Shown here: one piece after another, positions 36,381 through 46,750 of the stretch
Numbering within the stretch: position 1 is the first letter of the stretch
How the letters are laid out: each line of letters begins with the position of its first letter
From: an uncultured Gammaproteobacteria bacterium
GTDB lineage: Bacteria > Pseudomonadota > Gammaproteobacteria > JABCZS01
Length of the DNA: 64,000 nt
Direction of reading: 5' to 3'
Assembly (NCBI GenBank): GCA_964443025.1
Contig: CAYUEL010000001.1
Location: 6,155 to 70,154 of the forward strand
Notes under the pieces: model-generated
Databases searched by the model: none
What the model was told of the DNA's origin: nothing
What the model saw: the letters and a program-made list of their open reading frames with translations, nothing else
Position numbers and translations under genes: made by a program

Positions 36381-37531
36381 ACCCTCTCAATCGCAACGGC
36401 GACGGCTTCGCCGCCTCCCAAACATAATGACGCTATTCCCCGTTTTTTATCGTTATGTTGCAACGCGTATAACAGTGTGGTTAAAATGCGAGCACCTGTT
36501 GCGCCAATCGGATGTCCCAGCGCGCAACCCCCACCATAAATATTCATTTTATCAGCAGGGATATTTAAATCCTGCATGGTTGCCATGGTGACACATGCAA
36601 AGGCTTCATTCACTTCAAATAGATCAACGTCATTTACTTGCCAATTTAATTTTTTCAATAAACCTTGAATGGCTTTTGCAGGTGCTGTTGTAAACCATGC
36701 AGGCTCTTGCGCAAATACATGATGACTGATTATTGTTGCCAATGGTTTAATCGTTAAATCTTTCGCAGTAGATTCCGACATGATTAACAAACTAGCCGCA
36801 CCATCCGCGATACTGCTGCTATTCGCCGCGGTAACCGTTCCGCCTTGTTTAAAAGCCGGTTTGAGCTTGGGTATTTTTTCTGGATTGAGTCGCATGGGCA
36901 CTTCATCTTCATAAACATCATTGACTGATACAATCTCATCTTTGAATTTGCCTGATGTCACCGCATCTTGCGCACGTTGCAGCGATAATGTTGCATAAGC
37001 ATCTTGTTGTTCACGTGTAAAACCGTATTTTTCGGATGTTGCTTCAGCATATTCGCCCATGTGTCGATGTTCGTACGGATCTTGCAAACCATCGTAAACC
37101 ATATGATCATACAATTCGCCATGACCCAACCGATAACCGCTACGCGCTTTTAATAATAAATATGGCGCACGTGACATGTTTTCCATACCACCAGCCACCA
37201 CAATACGATGACGTCCCGCACGAATAAAATCATGCGCCATGATCACCGCTTCTAATGCAGATCCACACACTTTGTTGATGGTGGTACAAGGTGTTGCAGG
37301 ATTCAATCCTGCTTTCATCGCTGCTTGGCGTGCGGGTGCTTGTCCCAAACCTGCTGATAATACATTCCCCATGATTACCGCATCAATCGCTGATACGTTA
37401 ATACCTGACTGCGCAACAACCCCTTGTATTGCTGCAGCACCTAATTCTGTCGCAGGTGTATTATTAAAAACACCTTGCATCGCACCCATCGGTGTTCTTT
37501 TAGCAGCCGCGATAATAATTGATTGTTGCAT
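36377..37531 (-). CDS. Acetyl-CoA C-acetyltransferase (thiolase II)
   Basis: 384 aa thiolase pattern, with an N-terminal Cys-region and a C-terminal GGGxA...G motif ([13 protein letters not shown]). Confidence 0.8.
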
Positions 37532-38682
37532 TATTTTGTCTCGTTAAATATTTCACGCCCAATGAGCATGCGACGAATTTCTGATGTACCTGCACCAATT
37601 TCATACAATTTAGCATCGCGGAAAAGACGTCCTGTCGGATATTCATTGATGTAACCATTGCCGCCCAAACATTGAATGGCTTCGCTCGCTGCCCATGTGG
37701 CATTTTCAGCGCAATATAAAATAACGCTCGCAGCATCTTTGCGCGTGGCTTTTCCTATATCTGCTAATTTTGCAATAGCATATAAATAATGACGACTTGC
37801 ATTTGTACGTGTATAAAGATCAGCCATTTTTCCTTGCATGAGTTCAAATTCCCCAATGGCTTTGCCAAATTGTTTACGTTCATGAACGTAGGGTATAACA
37901 ACATCTAAACAGGCTTGCATAATACCAACCGGTCCCGCCGCCAATACCAATCGCTCGTAATCAAGTCCGCTCATGAGCACTTTCATGCCTGCACCGACTT
38001 CACCAAGCACGTTCTCCACAGGTACCTTGCAATCTTGAAACACAAGCTCACAAGTATCCGAACCGCGCATGCCTAATTTATCGAGTTTTTGTGCGGTACT
38101 AAAACCAGAAAATTTCTTTTCAATGATAAATGCTGTAATAGAACGGTTATTAAAAGGTTCTGTTTTACCATACACAACCAATGTATCTGCTTCAGGCCCA
38201 TTGGTAATCCACATCTTATTACCATTTAAAATGTAATAATCACCGTGTTTTTCAGCTTTTAATTGCATTGCTGCAACATCAGAACCCGCTGCTACTTCGC
38301 TCATCGCAAGCGCACCCACATGTTCGCCACTGATTAACTTCGGTAAATATTTTTCTTTTTGTGCATCATTACCATTCAAAACAATTTGATTGATACATAA
38401 ATTACTGTGTGCGCCATAACTTAATCCCACGGATGCACTGGCACGCGATATTTCTTCCATGGCAATCACGTGAGCCAAGTAACCCATGTTCGCGCCACCG
38501 TATTGTTCGGGCGCAGTAATACCTAAGAGGCCCAACTTACCCATTTCGGGCCACAAGTCACGGGGAAATTTGTTAGTAGAATCGATTTCATGCGCACGAG
38601 GAGCGATCATGGCCTGTGCAAACGCATATACCGATTGTTGCAATAACTGCGAAGTTTCATCCATGAAAGCAAGGTGTGTCAT
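37531..38682 (-). CDS. Isovaleryl-CoA dehydrogenase (acyl-CoA dehydrogenase family)
   Basis: 383 aa ACAD fold, the first gene of the leucine-degradation operon. It ends ...REIFNETK. Confidence 0.8.
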   Translation of the reverse strand: MTHLAFMDETSQLLQQSVYAFAQAMIAPRAHEIDSTNKFPRDLWPEMGKLGLLGITAPEQYGGANMGYLAHVIAMEEISRASASVGLSYGAHSNLCINQIVLNGNDAQKEKYLPKLISGEHVGALAMSEVAAGSDVAAMQLKAEKHGDYYILNGNKMWITNGPEADTLVVYGKTEPFNNRSITAFIIEKKFSGFSTAQKLDKLGMRGSDTCELVFQDCKVPVENVLGEVGAGMKVLMSGLDYERLVLAAGPVGIMQACLDVVIPYVHERKQFGKAIGEFELMQGKMADLYTRTNASRHYLYAIAKLADIGKATRKDAASVILYCAENATWAASEAIQCLGGNGYINEYPTGRLFRDAKLYEIGAGTSEIRRMLIGREIFNETK

Positions 38683-38722
38683 CTAAACTCCTGAATCCGG
38701 CCATTATACCCGTTTTTCGGTT

Positions 38723-39043
38723 TTATTTCGAGGATATTCCCTTAACCCATGCATGAAATTCATCGGTCGTATGAACATCCGCCACTAATACCGCCGGTAC
38801 CTCATAAGGATGATGTTTGATCAACCAAGTTTTCAATGCTTCCATTTTTTCTTGCGATGTTTTGAATAACAAAATCACTTCTTGATTTTTCTCAAGCTTC
38901 CCTTGCCATTGGTAAATGGATGTCATGCTCGGAATGATATTGACACACGCTGCCAGTTGTTCATTGACTGCAAGTTCTGCTAATGATTCAGCTGTTTCTA
39001 ATGAATCAATGGTCGTGTAAAGAATGGAAAGTGTTTTGGTCAC
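38723..39043 (-). CDS. cutA: CutA1 divalent-cation tolerance protein
   Basis: 106 aa with the characteristic CutA pattern (ACVNIIP..TSIYQWQGK....E..LL.KT....ALK..L...HPYEVP...V). Confidence 0.7.
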   Translation of the reverse strand: MTKTLSILYTTIDSLETAESLAELAVNEQLAACVNIIPSMTSIYQWQGKLEKNQEVILLFKTSQEKMEALKTWLIKHHPYEVPAVLVADVHTTDEFHAWVKGISSK

Positions 39044-39453
39044 CGTTCCGGGCTCCGATTAAACTTCTTCGTTTTAGGATCTAAACAATCCCAATGATAA
39101 GCGTCTTCTACCCAAATGTCGGTATCGGGTTGATAATCTTTTGGATTGTCGACGGTGGCGCCGGATACGGTTCTTAATCCGCCTAAAACTTCCGGCTGTC
39201 CAAATATGTAAGTACCACAAGTGGGGCAAAATGAACGATTCACGTTGTTACCACTCGCACCCTTCACAGTATACGTCGTGCATTTTCCTTCTGCTTTTAA
39301 CGTGTCTGGTTTAACTAACATGTAAGGAAAATAAGCAGAACCTGTCGCCAGTTTACAATCACGGCAATGGCATTTACCCATCGCAATGGGTTCCTCCGTA
39401 ATTTCATAACGAACCGCTCCACAAAAACATCCACCTTTGATTGATTTAGTCAT
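39040..39453 (-). CDS. GFA-family (glutathione-dependent formaldehyde-activating/CENP-V-like) zinc protein
   Basis: 137 aa. The GFA Cys signature is present (GGCFCGAVRYE...CHCRDC...CPTCGT). Confidence 0.7.
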   Translation of the reverse strand: MTKSIKGGCFCGAVRYEITEEPIAMGKCHCRDCKLATGSAYFPYMLVKPDTLKAEGKCTTYTVKGASGNNVNRSFCPTCGTYIFGQPEVLGGLRTVSGATVDNPKDYQPDTDIWVEDAYHWDCLDPKTKKFNRSPER

Positions 39454-40382
39454 AATTTTTCCTCCAGCTCCGGTAATACCTTAAATAGATCGCCCACTAA
39501 CCCGTAATCGGCCACTTGAAAAATGGGCGCATCAGGATCTTTGTTAATAGCCACGATGATTTTAGAATCTTTCATGCCCGCCAGATGTTGAATCGCACCA
39601 CTAATACCCACGGCAATGTATAACTTAGGAGCGACAATCTTACCTGTTTGACCCACTTGATAATCATTCGGTACAAAACCTGCGTCAACGGCCGCACGGC
39701 TTGCACCCACTGCAGCATGAAGTTTATCTGCAATACGTTCCAGCATGGCAAAATTTTCTTTGCTTTGCAAACCACGACCACCGGAAATCACAATATCTGC
39801 CGTTGTTAAATCGGGACGAATCGATTGATGCGCTTCTAATTTAATAAATTCAGATAATTTTAAATCTTCAATGGTGTTAATGATAGTAATAGGCGCAGCA
39901 CTTTGCTCTGAAATATCCGATTCAAATGCCGTGGCTCTAATCGTCAATAACATATTGTTAACATTCACTTTAACTTTAATAAAAGCATTACCTGCATAAA
40001 TAGGTCTTGAGAATGTATGATCATCATGAATTTCCGTCACATCAGAAATCATCGGCCAATCTAACAGCCCGCTCACACGGGGTAAAATATTTTTACCGAA
40101 TGTATTCGCTGGCGCGAGAACATGAGTGTAATCATTCGCTAGCGCTGCTATTAATGCAGCAATATTTTCTGCTAATACATGTTTATACGCAACGTTATCG
40201 GCACATAATACTTGTTTAACACCTGCAATCTTCGCTGCTTGTTCAGCAACACTCTTACAATTTTCACCCGCAATTAATACGGTAATGTTATCGCTGAGCT
40301 TCTTTGCAGCACTGATACAATTAAATACGGAAGGATTTAACTCCTGACTATTATATTGCGCTAACAAAAATATTTTGTTCAT
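39450..40382 (-). CDS. etfA: Electron transfer flavoprotein alpha subunit
   Basis: 310 aa. The C-terminal FAD-binding region (YIAVGISGAIQHLAGMKDSKIIVAINKDPDAPIF) is typical of EtfA. Its SD (AGGA) lies within the last codons of the upstream ATPase gene. Confidence 0.85.
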   Translation of the reverse strand: MNKIFLLAQYNSQELNPSVFNCISAAKKLSDNITVLIAGENCKSVAEQAAKIAGVKQVLCADNVAYKHVLAENIAALIAALANDYTHVLAPANTFGKNILPRVSGLLDWPMISDVTEIHDDHTFSRPIYAGNAFIKVKVNVNNMLLTIRATAFESDISEQSAAPITIINTIEDLKLSEFIKLEAHQSIRPDLTTADIVISGGRGLQSKENFAMLERIADKLHAAVGASRAAVDAGFVPNDYQVGQTGKIVAPKLYIAVGISGAIQHLAGMKDSKIIVAINKDPDAPIFQVADYGLVGDLFKVLPELEEKL

Positions 40383-40386
40383 GCAT

Positions 40387-41844
40387 TTATCCTAATGATT
40401 CAGCCTTAAACAGGTCTTCCAATGTAATGATTTGATCGAAATACCATCTATTTATTAATTCTTCTGTAGCCCCCGATGCAGTAACAAGGATTTTATGTAC
40501 CGTTTTTTGTTTCAACGCTGGAAAGCAGGCTAATTTACGTTCAAATTCCTCTATCACACTGCTGGTAACCTTCGCTTCTGTATATTTGATTTCACACACC
40601 GTCATCACTTTATCTGCCCTATCAAAGACTAAATCAATTTGAAAACCAGGTACTTCCTTTTCCACTGAGCGATTAAAATAAACTCCTGACTTATACTGCA
40701 CTGCAGAAAACCCCAGTATTTTTGCAATGAGACTACTGCGCTTACGGCAAAATCGCTCAAACGCGTATCCTAGCCACGTGATATAACTTGCCTGGTTAAC
40801 ACCGGATGTTGGGCTATCAATAAATTCAGCGTTTTTAATGGCTTTTAATTTTGGTTTGATAAAATGAAAATAAAATTGCAAATAATGATCCGCAATGCAA
40901 TAACGTATTAAATAGCTATCATCGCTCATATTATAGGGTGTATAACTCTCTATAAAACCACATAATTCTAAGTCTTTTAAGAGTTTTGTTAAACTGCCTC
41001 CTGTTTCCACTTCAAGAAAGGCAGCAATTTCCTTTCGGGTTGCAAAGCGTTTTTTACTTAAAAACTGAATAACCTTCTTATAGTATGGATTAGTTGCCAT
41101 ACTGCTTGTAAATATTTTTTCACACTCTTGAACGAAAAAACCATTCTTAACAAAAGCATTTTTACATATGCTTAAAAATGTTGAGGAATCTTTATCCGCC
41201 CATTTTAAATATTCTGGGACACCACCAATGGTTAAGTATGCGTTCATTGTTTCTTTTATAGATCTTTCTCCCAAAAATTGCTGAGTCTCTCGAATATTAA
41301 ACTCCTGCAGAGACAACTCATATTGACTTCGATTATAAAGAGATTTCGAGTGAATGACGTTGTTAATCATAAAAGAAGGTGAGGATCCACACAATACTAA
41401 AATGAGTTGATCATTTTTTCTAAAAAAGTTATCCCAAACATATTTTAATTCTGCAATGAATTCTGTCTTATAATTTGCCAACCATTGCACTTCTTCAAAA
41501 TACAACACACAGGGCCCTTCCTTTACGGACTCATAAAGCAGTTGAAAAACGTCTGTCCAATTCTCTAATTGCAAATGTCGTAACAATGGCTCTTGCCGAT
41601 ACCCAGCAAGCTGCTCAATCACTTGTTTTATTTGACGCCCTTTAGGTTCGCCCTCTATCCCTTCAAATTTAAGCATATGATGAGAACCATAAGCATATTC
41701 CAATAACGTTGTTTTCCCTATCCTTCTTCGGCCATAAATAACAACGATTGTTGCCTCTTGCTCCTGGGTAATACTCTGCAAGACCTGCAATTCTTTCTTG
41801 CGGCCAATGAATTTTTTCGGGATTTTGGGTACGAGGTATTCCAT
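40387..41844 (-). CDS. Second AAA+ ATPase (archaeal-ATPase/COG1672-like) with a C-terminal PD-(D/E)xK-like DUF234-like module; a diverged paralog of the gene at 14662-16122
   Basis: It has a Walker A motif (GRRRIGKT) and Walker B (VLYFEEVQW). The C-terminal motif QIDLVFDRADK...VCEIKY fits D...E-x-K. It is inserted between etfB and etfA. Confidence 0.6.
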   Translation of the reverse strand: MEYLVPKIPKKFIGRKKELQVLQSITQEQEATIVVIYGRRRIGKTTLLEYAYGSHHMLKFEGIEGEPKGRQIKQVIEQLAGYRQEPLLRHLQLENWTDVFQLLYESVKEGPCVLYFEEVQWLANYKTEFIAELKYVWDNFFRKNDQLILVLCGSSPSFMINNVIHSKSLYNRSQYELSLQEFNIRETQQFLGERSIKETMNAYLTIGGVPEYLKWADKDSSTFLSICKNAFVKNGFFVQECEKIFTSSMATNPYYKKVIQFLSKKRFATRKEIAAFLEVETGGSLTKLLKDLELCGFIESYTPYNMSDDSYLIRYCIADHYLQFYFHFIKPKLKAIKNAEFIDSPTSGVNQASYITWLGYAFERFCRKRSSLIAKILGFSAVQYKSGVYFNRSVEKEVPGFQIDLVFDRADKVMTVCEIKYTEAKVTSSVIEEFERKLACFPALKQKTVHKILVTASGATEELINRWYFDQIITLEDLFKAESLG

Positions 41845-41858
41845 CGCTCTACTCTGTC

Positions 41859-41947
41859 GAGCCAGATACTGTGAATAATATTCATATCTGGCTCAAAAGT
41901 CAAATAAAATTTGAGCCAGATATGGGTAAAAACATACCTATCTGGCT
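41859..41947. promoter_or_regulatory. Array of four 10-bp sites, GAGCCAGATA and its reverse complement in alternating orientation at about 26-28-bp spacing; putative operator/iteron array upstream of ATPase gene 2
   Basis: Seen directly: 41859-41868 (+), 41885-41894 (rc), 41913-41922 (+) and 41939-41947 (rc). The first pair forms a 36-bp palindrome together with its spacer. Confidence 0.6.
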
Positions 41948-41975
41948 TGATAAAAATACAACCCGTTGATTATAC

Positions 41976-42722
41976 TCAACTTTTTAAAACAGGCTCGAGC
42001 TTCTTGAGCAACTCATCCACCGACGCAACCATTTCGCCTTTTTGACGGGGTTTAGGTGGTATTGTTTCCAACAAGCTAATATGTGACAACACATTTACAT
42101 CCAAATCTTTCAACGCGATGATCTCAATCACTTTCGATTTTGCTTTCATGATATCCGGTAACTTTGCATAACGAGGTTCATTTAAGCGCAAATCCGTTGT
42201 GACAACCGCAGGTAATGTTAACTTTAATGTTTCCAATCCGTCATCCACTTCTCGCACAACCATCGCTGTTTTATCTTCAATATTTAACTGAGAAATAAAA
42301 CACCCCTGCGCCCAACCTAGTTTTGCTGCAAGTATTTGACCCGTTTGATTGTTATCATCATCGATCGCTTGTTTACCTAGGATGATCAATTGTGCATTCA
42401 CTTTTTGTGCAACTGTTTTTAAAATAGTTGCGATACTGAGCGGTTCTAATGATGCATCAGTTTCTATCAAAATAGCCTGATCAACACCTAATGCGTAAGC
42501 TTGTCGTAAGATATCTTGACAGATTTTTGTCCCAATTGTCACAGCAATTAACTTCGATGCAACACCCTTTTCTTTAAGACGAATCGCTTCTTCAAGCGCA
42601 ATTTCATCAAACGGATTAATCGACATTTTAACGTTTTCGGTCACAACACCGGAATGGTCTGGTTTTACACGCACGGGAACGTTGTAATCAATCACACGCT
42701 TGATGGGAATCAGAATATTCAT
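41976..42722 (-). CDS. etfB: Electron transfer flavoprotein beta subunit
   Basis: 248 aa. Its N-terminus (MNILIPIKRVIDYNVPVRV...) is typical of EtfB. Confidence 0.85.
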   Translation of the reverse strand: MNILIPIKRVIDYNVPVRVKPDHSGVVTENVKMSINPFDEIALEEAIRLKEKGVASKLIAVTIGTKICQDILRQAYALGVDQAILIETDASLEPLSIATILKTVAQKVNAQLIILGKQAIDDDNNQTGQILAAKLGWAQGCFISQLNIEDKTAMVVREVDDGLETLKLTLPAVVTTDLRLNEPRYAKLPDIMKAKSKVIEIIALKDLDVNVLSHISLLETIPPKPRQKGEMVASVDELLKKLEPVLKS

Positions 42723-42749
42723 GTATTGCTCTTCACCTCATATATCGGT

Positions 42750-44348
42750 ATGCTACTCAACATGATGGAGTTAGAGAAAGCGCTTGTCAACCACGAGCAA
42801 ATGGAATTTGACGTAATCATTGTAGGCGCAGGTCCTGCAGGATTGTCTGCCGCTATTCGGCTGAAACAGTTATGTAAGCAACACGAAACTGATTTGAATG
42901 TCTGCATCCTTGAAAAAGGCAGCGAAGTAGGTGCGCATATTTTATCTGGTGCAGTACTCGAACCACGCGCTCTTAATGAATTAATTCCCGATTGGCAACA
43001 GCGCAATGCACCCATTACGCAATCAGTCACCCACGATCATTTTTGTTTTCTCACGCACAATAAAAGCTACCGTTTACCCACTCCCAAACCCATGCATAAC
43101 CATGGGAATTACATCATCAGTTTAGGATTATTTTGTCGATGGCTCGCGCATTATGCAGAAGAATTGGGCGTGACAATTTTCCCAGGTTTTCCTGCCGCTG
43201 ATGTAGTGATGAAAGATAATAAAGTCGTAGGTGTTATCACCAGCCCGCAAGCTAATGAACCGGGTATTGTATTAACCTGCAAACATTTATTAGTGGCTGA
43301 AGGTGCTCGGGGTTCATTAACTCGTCAGCTTATGGATCACTTTCAATTGCAAGGTGAATGTGCACAAACCTATGGCTTAGGTGTGAAAGAAATTTGGCAA
43401 GTGGATAATAATTTACATCAATCTGGATTGGTCATGCACACAATTGGTTGGCCATTGGATCAAAACACGTACGGCGGATCATTTATTTATCATCTTCCTG
43501 ATAAAAAAATTGCACTCGGTTTTGTAGTAGGATTAGATTATGAAAATCCTTACTTAAGCCCATTTGATGAATTACAAAAATTTAAAACACATCCATCGAT
43601 TAAACCTTTATTCGAACATGGCGAACGCATTGCGTACGGTGCACGTGCACTCACAGAAGGAGGTTGGCAATCCATTCCAACGCTTAGTTTTCCTGGTGGT
43701 TATTTAATCGGTTGCGCAGCAGGATTTATGAATGTACCAAAAATAAAAGGAAATCATACGGCCATGAAATCCGGTATGTTAGCAGCGGAATGTATTTTTA
43801 ATAAAACCGATTACGATCAGACACTACGCAACAGTTGGATCGGGAAAGAATTGCACGATGTTCGTAATATTCGTCCGGGTTTTAAATACGGATTAATACC
43901 CGGATTAACGAATGCCGCCCTGGAAACCTATATCACACACGGCAAAAGTCCATGGACATTAACACATAAAATTGATTATCAAACATTGAAACCTGCGAAA
44001 CAATCTAAAAAAATAGATTACCCAAAGCCGGATAATAAGTTGACATTTGATCGTTTAACATCGGTACGTTTAACCGGAGTCAGTCATCGTGAAGGCGAAC
44101 CCTGTCATTTGGTTTTAACCGATCCTGATAAAGCGATTTCGCTTAATTATCAAGTATACAATTCGCCCGAACAATACTATTGCCCCGCGGCTGTATACGA
44201 AATTGTTCAGCATGAACAAAAACCAAAATTGCAAATTAACAGTGGTAATTGTATTCATTGCAAAACCTGCGATATTAAAGATCCATCGCAAAACATTGTG
44301 TGGAAAACCCCTGAAGGCGGCGACGGACCTAACTACGGAGATATGTAA
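42750..44348 (+). CDS. Electron-transferring-flavoprotein:ubiquinone oxidoreductase (ETF-QO)
   Basis: It has a FAD-binding GxGxxG motif (DVIIVGAGPAGLSAA) and a C-terminal 4Fe-4S ferredoxin-like motif (CPAAVYE...CIHCKTCDIKDP). The ORF track starts at 42654 and overlaps etfB. The ATGs at 42750 and 42762 are likelier starts. Confidence 0.8.
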   Translation: MLLNMMELEKALVNHEQMEFDVIIVGAGPAGLSAAIRLKQLCKQHETDLNVCILEKGSEVGAHILSGAVLEPRALNELIPDWQQRNAPITQSVTHDHFCFLTHNKSYRLPTPKPMHNHGNYIISLGLFCRWLAHYAEELGVTIFPGFPAADVVMKDNKVVGVITSPQANEPGIVLTCKHLLVAEGARGSLTRQLMDHFQLQGECAQTYGLGVKEIWQVDNNLHQSGLVMHTIGWPLDQNTYGGSFIYHLPDKKIALGFVVGLDYENPYLSPFDELQKFKTHPSIKPLFEHGERIAYGARALTEGGWQSIPTLSFPGGYLIGCAAGFMNVPKIKGNHTAMKSGMLAAECIFNKTDYDQTLRNSWIGKELHDVRNIRPGFKYGLIPGLTNAALETYITHGKSPWTLTHKIDYQTLKPAKQSKKIDYPKPDNKLTFDRLTSVRLTGVSHREGEPCHLVLTDPDKAISLNYQVYNSPEQYYCPAAVYEIVQHEQKPKLQINSGNCIHCKTCDIKDPSQNIVWKTPEGGDGPNYGDM

Positions 44349-44351
44349 ATC

Positions 44352-44903
44352 ATGTTATTACAAGCGAAAGATAGCGCGGTTATGTTGATTGATGTTCAAG
44401 AAAAATTAATGCCATTAGTGCATCATCACAAAGACATTGAAAAAAATTGCTCTTGGATATTACAAATTGCACAACGTATGAAAATCCCTGTATTAACAAC
44501 TGAACAATATCCTAAGGGGCTAGGGTCCACATTAGCCTCGCTGAAACCTTATATCGACGAAAAAAATCTTTTTGAAAAAATATGCTTTTCAGGTATGGGA
44601 AATCCCGATGTTGCTTCACATGTCTATGAAATGAATAAAAAACAATGGGTGTTAATTGGCATTGAAACGCATGTCTGCGTTTTACAAACAGCCGTGGCAT
44701 TACAAGAAAATGGGCATCAAGTTTTTGTGGTTGCAGAGGCAACATCATCACGTAATATACATGACAAAGCGTTGGCCTTTAGCCGAATGGAAAAGATTGG
44801 GATACAACTTGTTTCCAAAGAAATGGTATTATACGAATGGCTCTCACAAGCAGGGTCAGATTTATTTAAAGAACTAAACAAGGAATTTGTAATTAATGCC
44901 TAA
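44352..44903 (+). CDS. Isochorismatase-family cysteine hydrolase (YcaC-like)
   Basis: 183 aa. The pattern (MLIDVQ...; catalytic-Cys region GIETHVCVLQTA) fits the isochorismatase fold. Confidence 0.55.
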   Translation: MLLQAKDSAVMLIDVQEKLMPLVHHHKDIEKNCSWILQIAQRMKIPVLTTEQYPKGLGSTLASLKPYIDEKNLFEKICFSGMGNPDVASHVYEMNKKQWVLIGIETHVCVLQTAVALQENGHQVFVVAEATSSRNIHDKALAFSRMEKIGIQLVSKEMVLYEWLSQAGSDLFKELNKEFVINA

Positions 44904-45648
44904 GATCCAAAAATCAGCCATTGTCACCGGCGGCAGCTCTGGATTGGGTAAGGCCACTGCACAACGTTTAAGTCAACAAGGCTTTTTCGTCGTGATTGCT
45001 GACGTACAAGATGGAAAGGCATTGGCCAATGATATTGATGGTTCCTATGTTTCTTGTGATGTAACACAAACCAATCAAATTGAAGCAGCGATTCAAGCTG
45101 CAACGCATAAAGCGCCTTTACATTGCGTTGTAAACTGCGCAGGTATTCTTGCAGGCTCACGCATCGTTGGGAAAGATACACCTTTTGATTTGGCTGTGTT
45201 CAAAAAAGTGATTGATGTTAATTTAATCGGTACGTTTAACATGTTGCGCTTATCCGCCATGACCATGAGTCAACAAGCACCTTACAATGAAGAGGGTGAA
45301 CGTGGCGTTATCATTAACACCGCAAGTATTGCTGCATTTGAAGGGCAAATTGGACAAGCAGCGTACAGCGCATCTAAAGCCGGTATTGTGGGTCTTACAT
45401 TACCCGCAGCTCGTGAATTCACACGTTTTGGTATTCGCGTTGTGACCATTGCTCCCGGATTATTTGAAACACCGATGATGGAAAACCTTCCTCCAAAAAC
45501 CATTGAACATTTAACTCATGCTACAGAATACCCAAAACGCTTAGGAAAACCCGATGAATATGCAAAGCTTGTGCTGAACATTATTGACAACCCCCTATTA
45601 AATGGTTGCACAATCCGTTTGGATGGTGCCGTTAGATTAACGGCATAA
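44896..45648 (+). CDS. Short-chain dehydrogenase/reductase (3-hydroxyacyl-CoA dehydrogenase type II-like)
   Basis: 250 aa. It has the motifs TGGSSGLG and YSASKAG, with an HSD17B10/FabG-like pattern. Confidence 0.7.
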   Translation: MPKIQKSAIVTGGSSGLGKATAQRLSQQGFFVVIADVQDGKALANDIDGSYVSCDVTQTNQIEAAIQAATHKAPLHCVVNCAGILAGSRIVGKDTPFDLAVFKKVIDVNLIGTFNMLRLSAMTMSQQAPYNEEGERGVIINTASIAAFEGQIGQAAYSASKAGIVGLTLPAAREFTRFGIRVVTIAPGLFETPMMENLPPKTIEHLTHATEYPKRLGKPDEYAKLVLNIIDNPLLNGCTIRLDGAVRLTA

Positions 45649-45664
45649 AAGGAGTTACTGATAA

Positions 45665-46750
45665 ATGCAAAGAAAGTCTGTTGCCGCATTTGAAATTTTT
45701 TATTATCAATACTTAAATGAAAAATCCGAATTAACCGGCGATCTACCTGAAAATTTACGAAACAACCCTGAACTATGGCAAAAATTTTACCGCTACTTGG
45801 TATTGAATCGTCTTTTTGATGAAACTGCCATTAAATTACAACGTACCGGCAAGATGGGAACTTATCCTTCTACATTAGGGCAAGAAGCAATTGGTGTAGG
45901 AATGGGATTAGGAATGCATAAAGATGATGTCTTTATACCTTACTATCGCGAACCTGGTACACATTTTACTCGCGGTGTTAAACCCGAAGAACTTTACACC
46001 GTTTGGGGTGGTGATGAACGTGGTAATAATTATCAAGAGGGTCAATACGATTTTCCTGATTGTATTCCGATTGGTACACAAAGTTTGCACGGTGCAGGCG
46101 TTGCATTCGCGTTTAAATTACGTAAAGAAAAGCGTGCCGTAGTTGTTAGTATTGGTGATGGTGGTACATCCCAAGGTAACTTTTATGAAGCCATTAACTT
46201 TGCAGGTGTTCATCAATTACCATTGATATTTGTGATTAATAATAATCATTGGGCCATTTCTGTTCCACTCGAATTACAAACACATGCGCAAACGCTTGCA
46301 CAAAAAGGCATCGCAGCAGGAGTTCCAGGCGAACAAGTGGATGGCAATGACATGTTTGTCGTTTATGATCGCATTCGAACAGCTGTTGATAACGCACGCG
46401 CAGGGAAAGGTCCTTACATTATCGAGGCCATTACTTATCGTATGTGCGATCACACGACCGCAGATGATGCTTCACGTTATCGTCCAAATCAAGAACTAGA
46501 AGCAAATAAGGCGAAAGATCCCATTAAACGTTTACGTAATTTCATGGCTGCTCAAAACCAATGGGATGAAAGCAAAGAAAAAGCCTTACATTTAGAGCTT
46601 AAACAATTGATTGATACTTCTGTTCAAAAGTATTTGAATTCAACACCTGCGCTAGCGACCGATATTTTTGATTACATGTATGCACAATGGCCACAAAGTT
46701 ACCATGAACAACGTGACGAAGTGATTGCGTATCATGGAGGTGCCGAATGA
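45665..46750 (+). CDS. Branched-chain 2-oxoacid dehydrogenase E1 alpha subunit
   Basis: 361 aa. A TPP-binding motif is present (GDGGTSQGNFYEAINFA). It precedes E1 beta and E2, and its stop overlaps the next start (ATGA). Confidence 0.8.
   Translation: MQRKSVAAFEIFYYQYLNEKSELTGDLPENLRNNPELWQKFYRYLVLNRLFDETAIKLQRTGKMGTYPSTLGQEAIGVGMGLGMHKDDVFIPYYREPGTHFTRGVKPEELYTVWGGDERGNNYQEGQYDFPDCIPIGTQSLHGAGVAFAFKLRKEKRAVVVSIGDGGTSQGNFYEAINFAGVHQLPLIFVINNNHWAISVPLELQTHAQTLAQKGIAAGVPGEQVDGNDMFVVYDRIRTAVDNARAGKGPYIIEAITYRMCDHTTADDASRYRPNQELEANKAKDPIKRLRNFMAAQNQWDESKEKALHLELKQLIDTSVQKYLNSTPALATDIFDYMYAQWPQSYHEQRDEVIAYHGGAE

Noticed and set aside
14662..41844. Calling the two ATPase genes transposases or IS elements
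   Set aside because: No DDE, HUH or serine/tyrosine recombinase motifs are present, and no terminal inverted repeats or target-site duplications were found. Mobility is inferred only from the insertion-like context.
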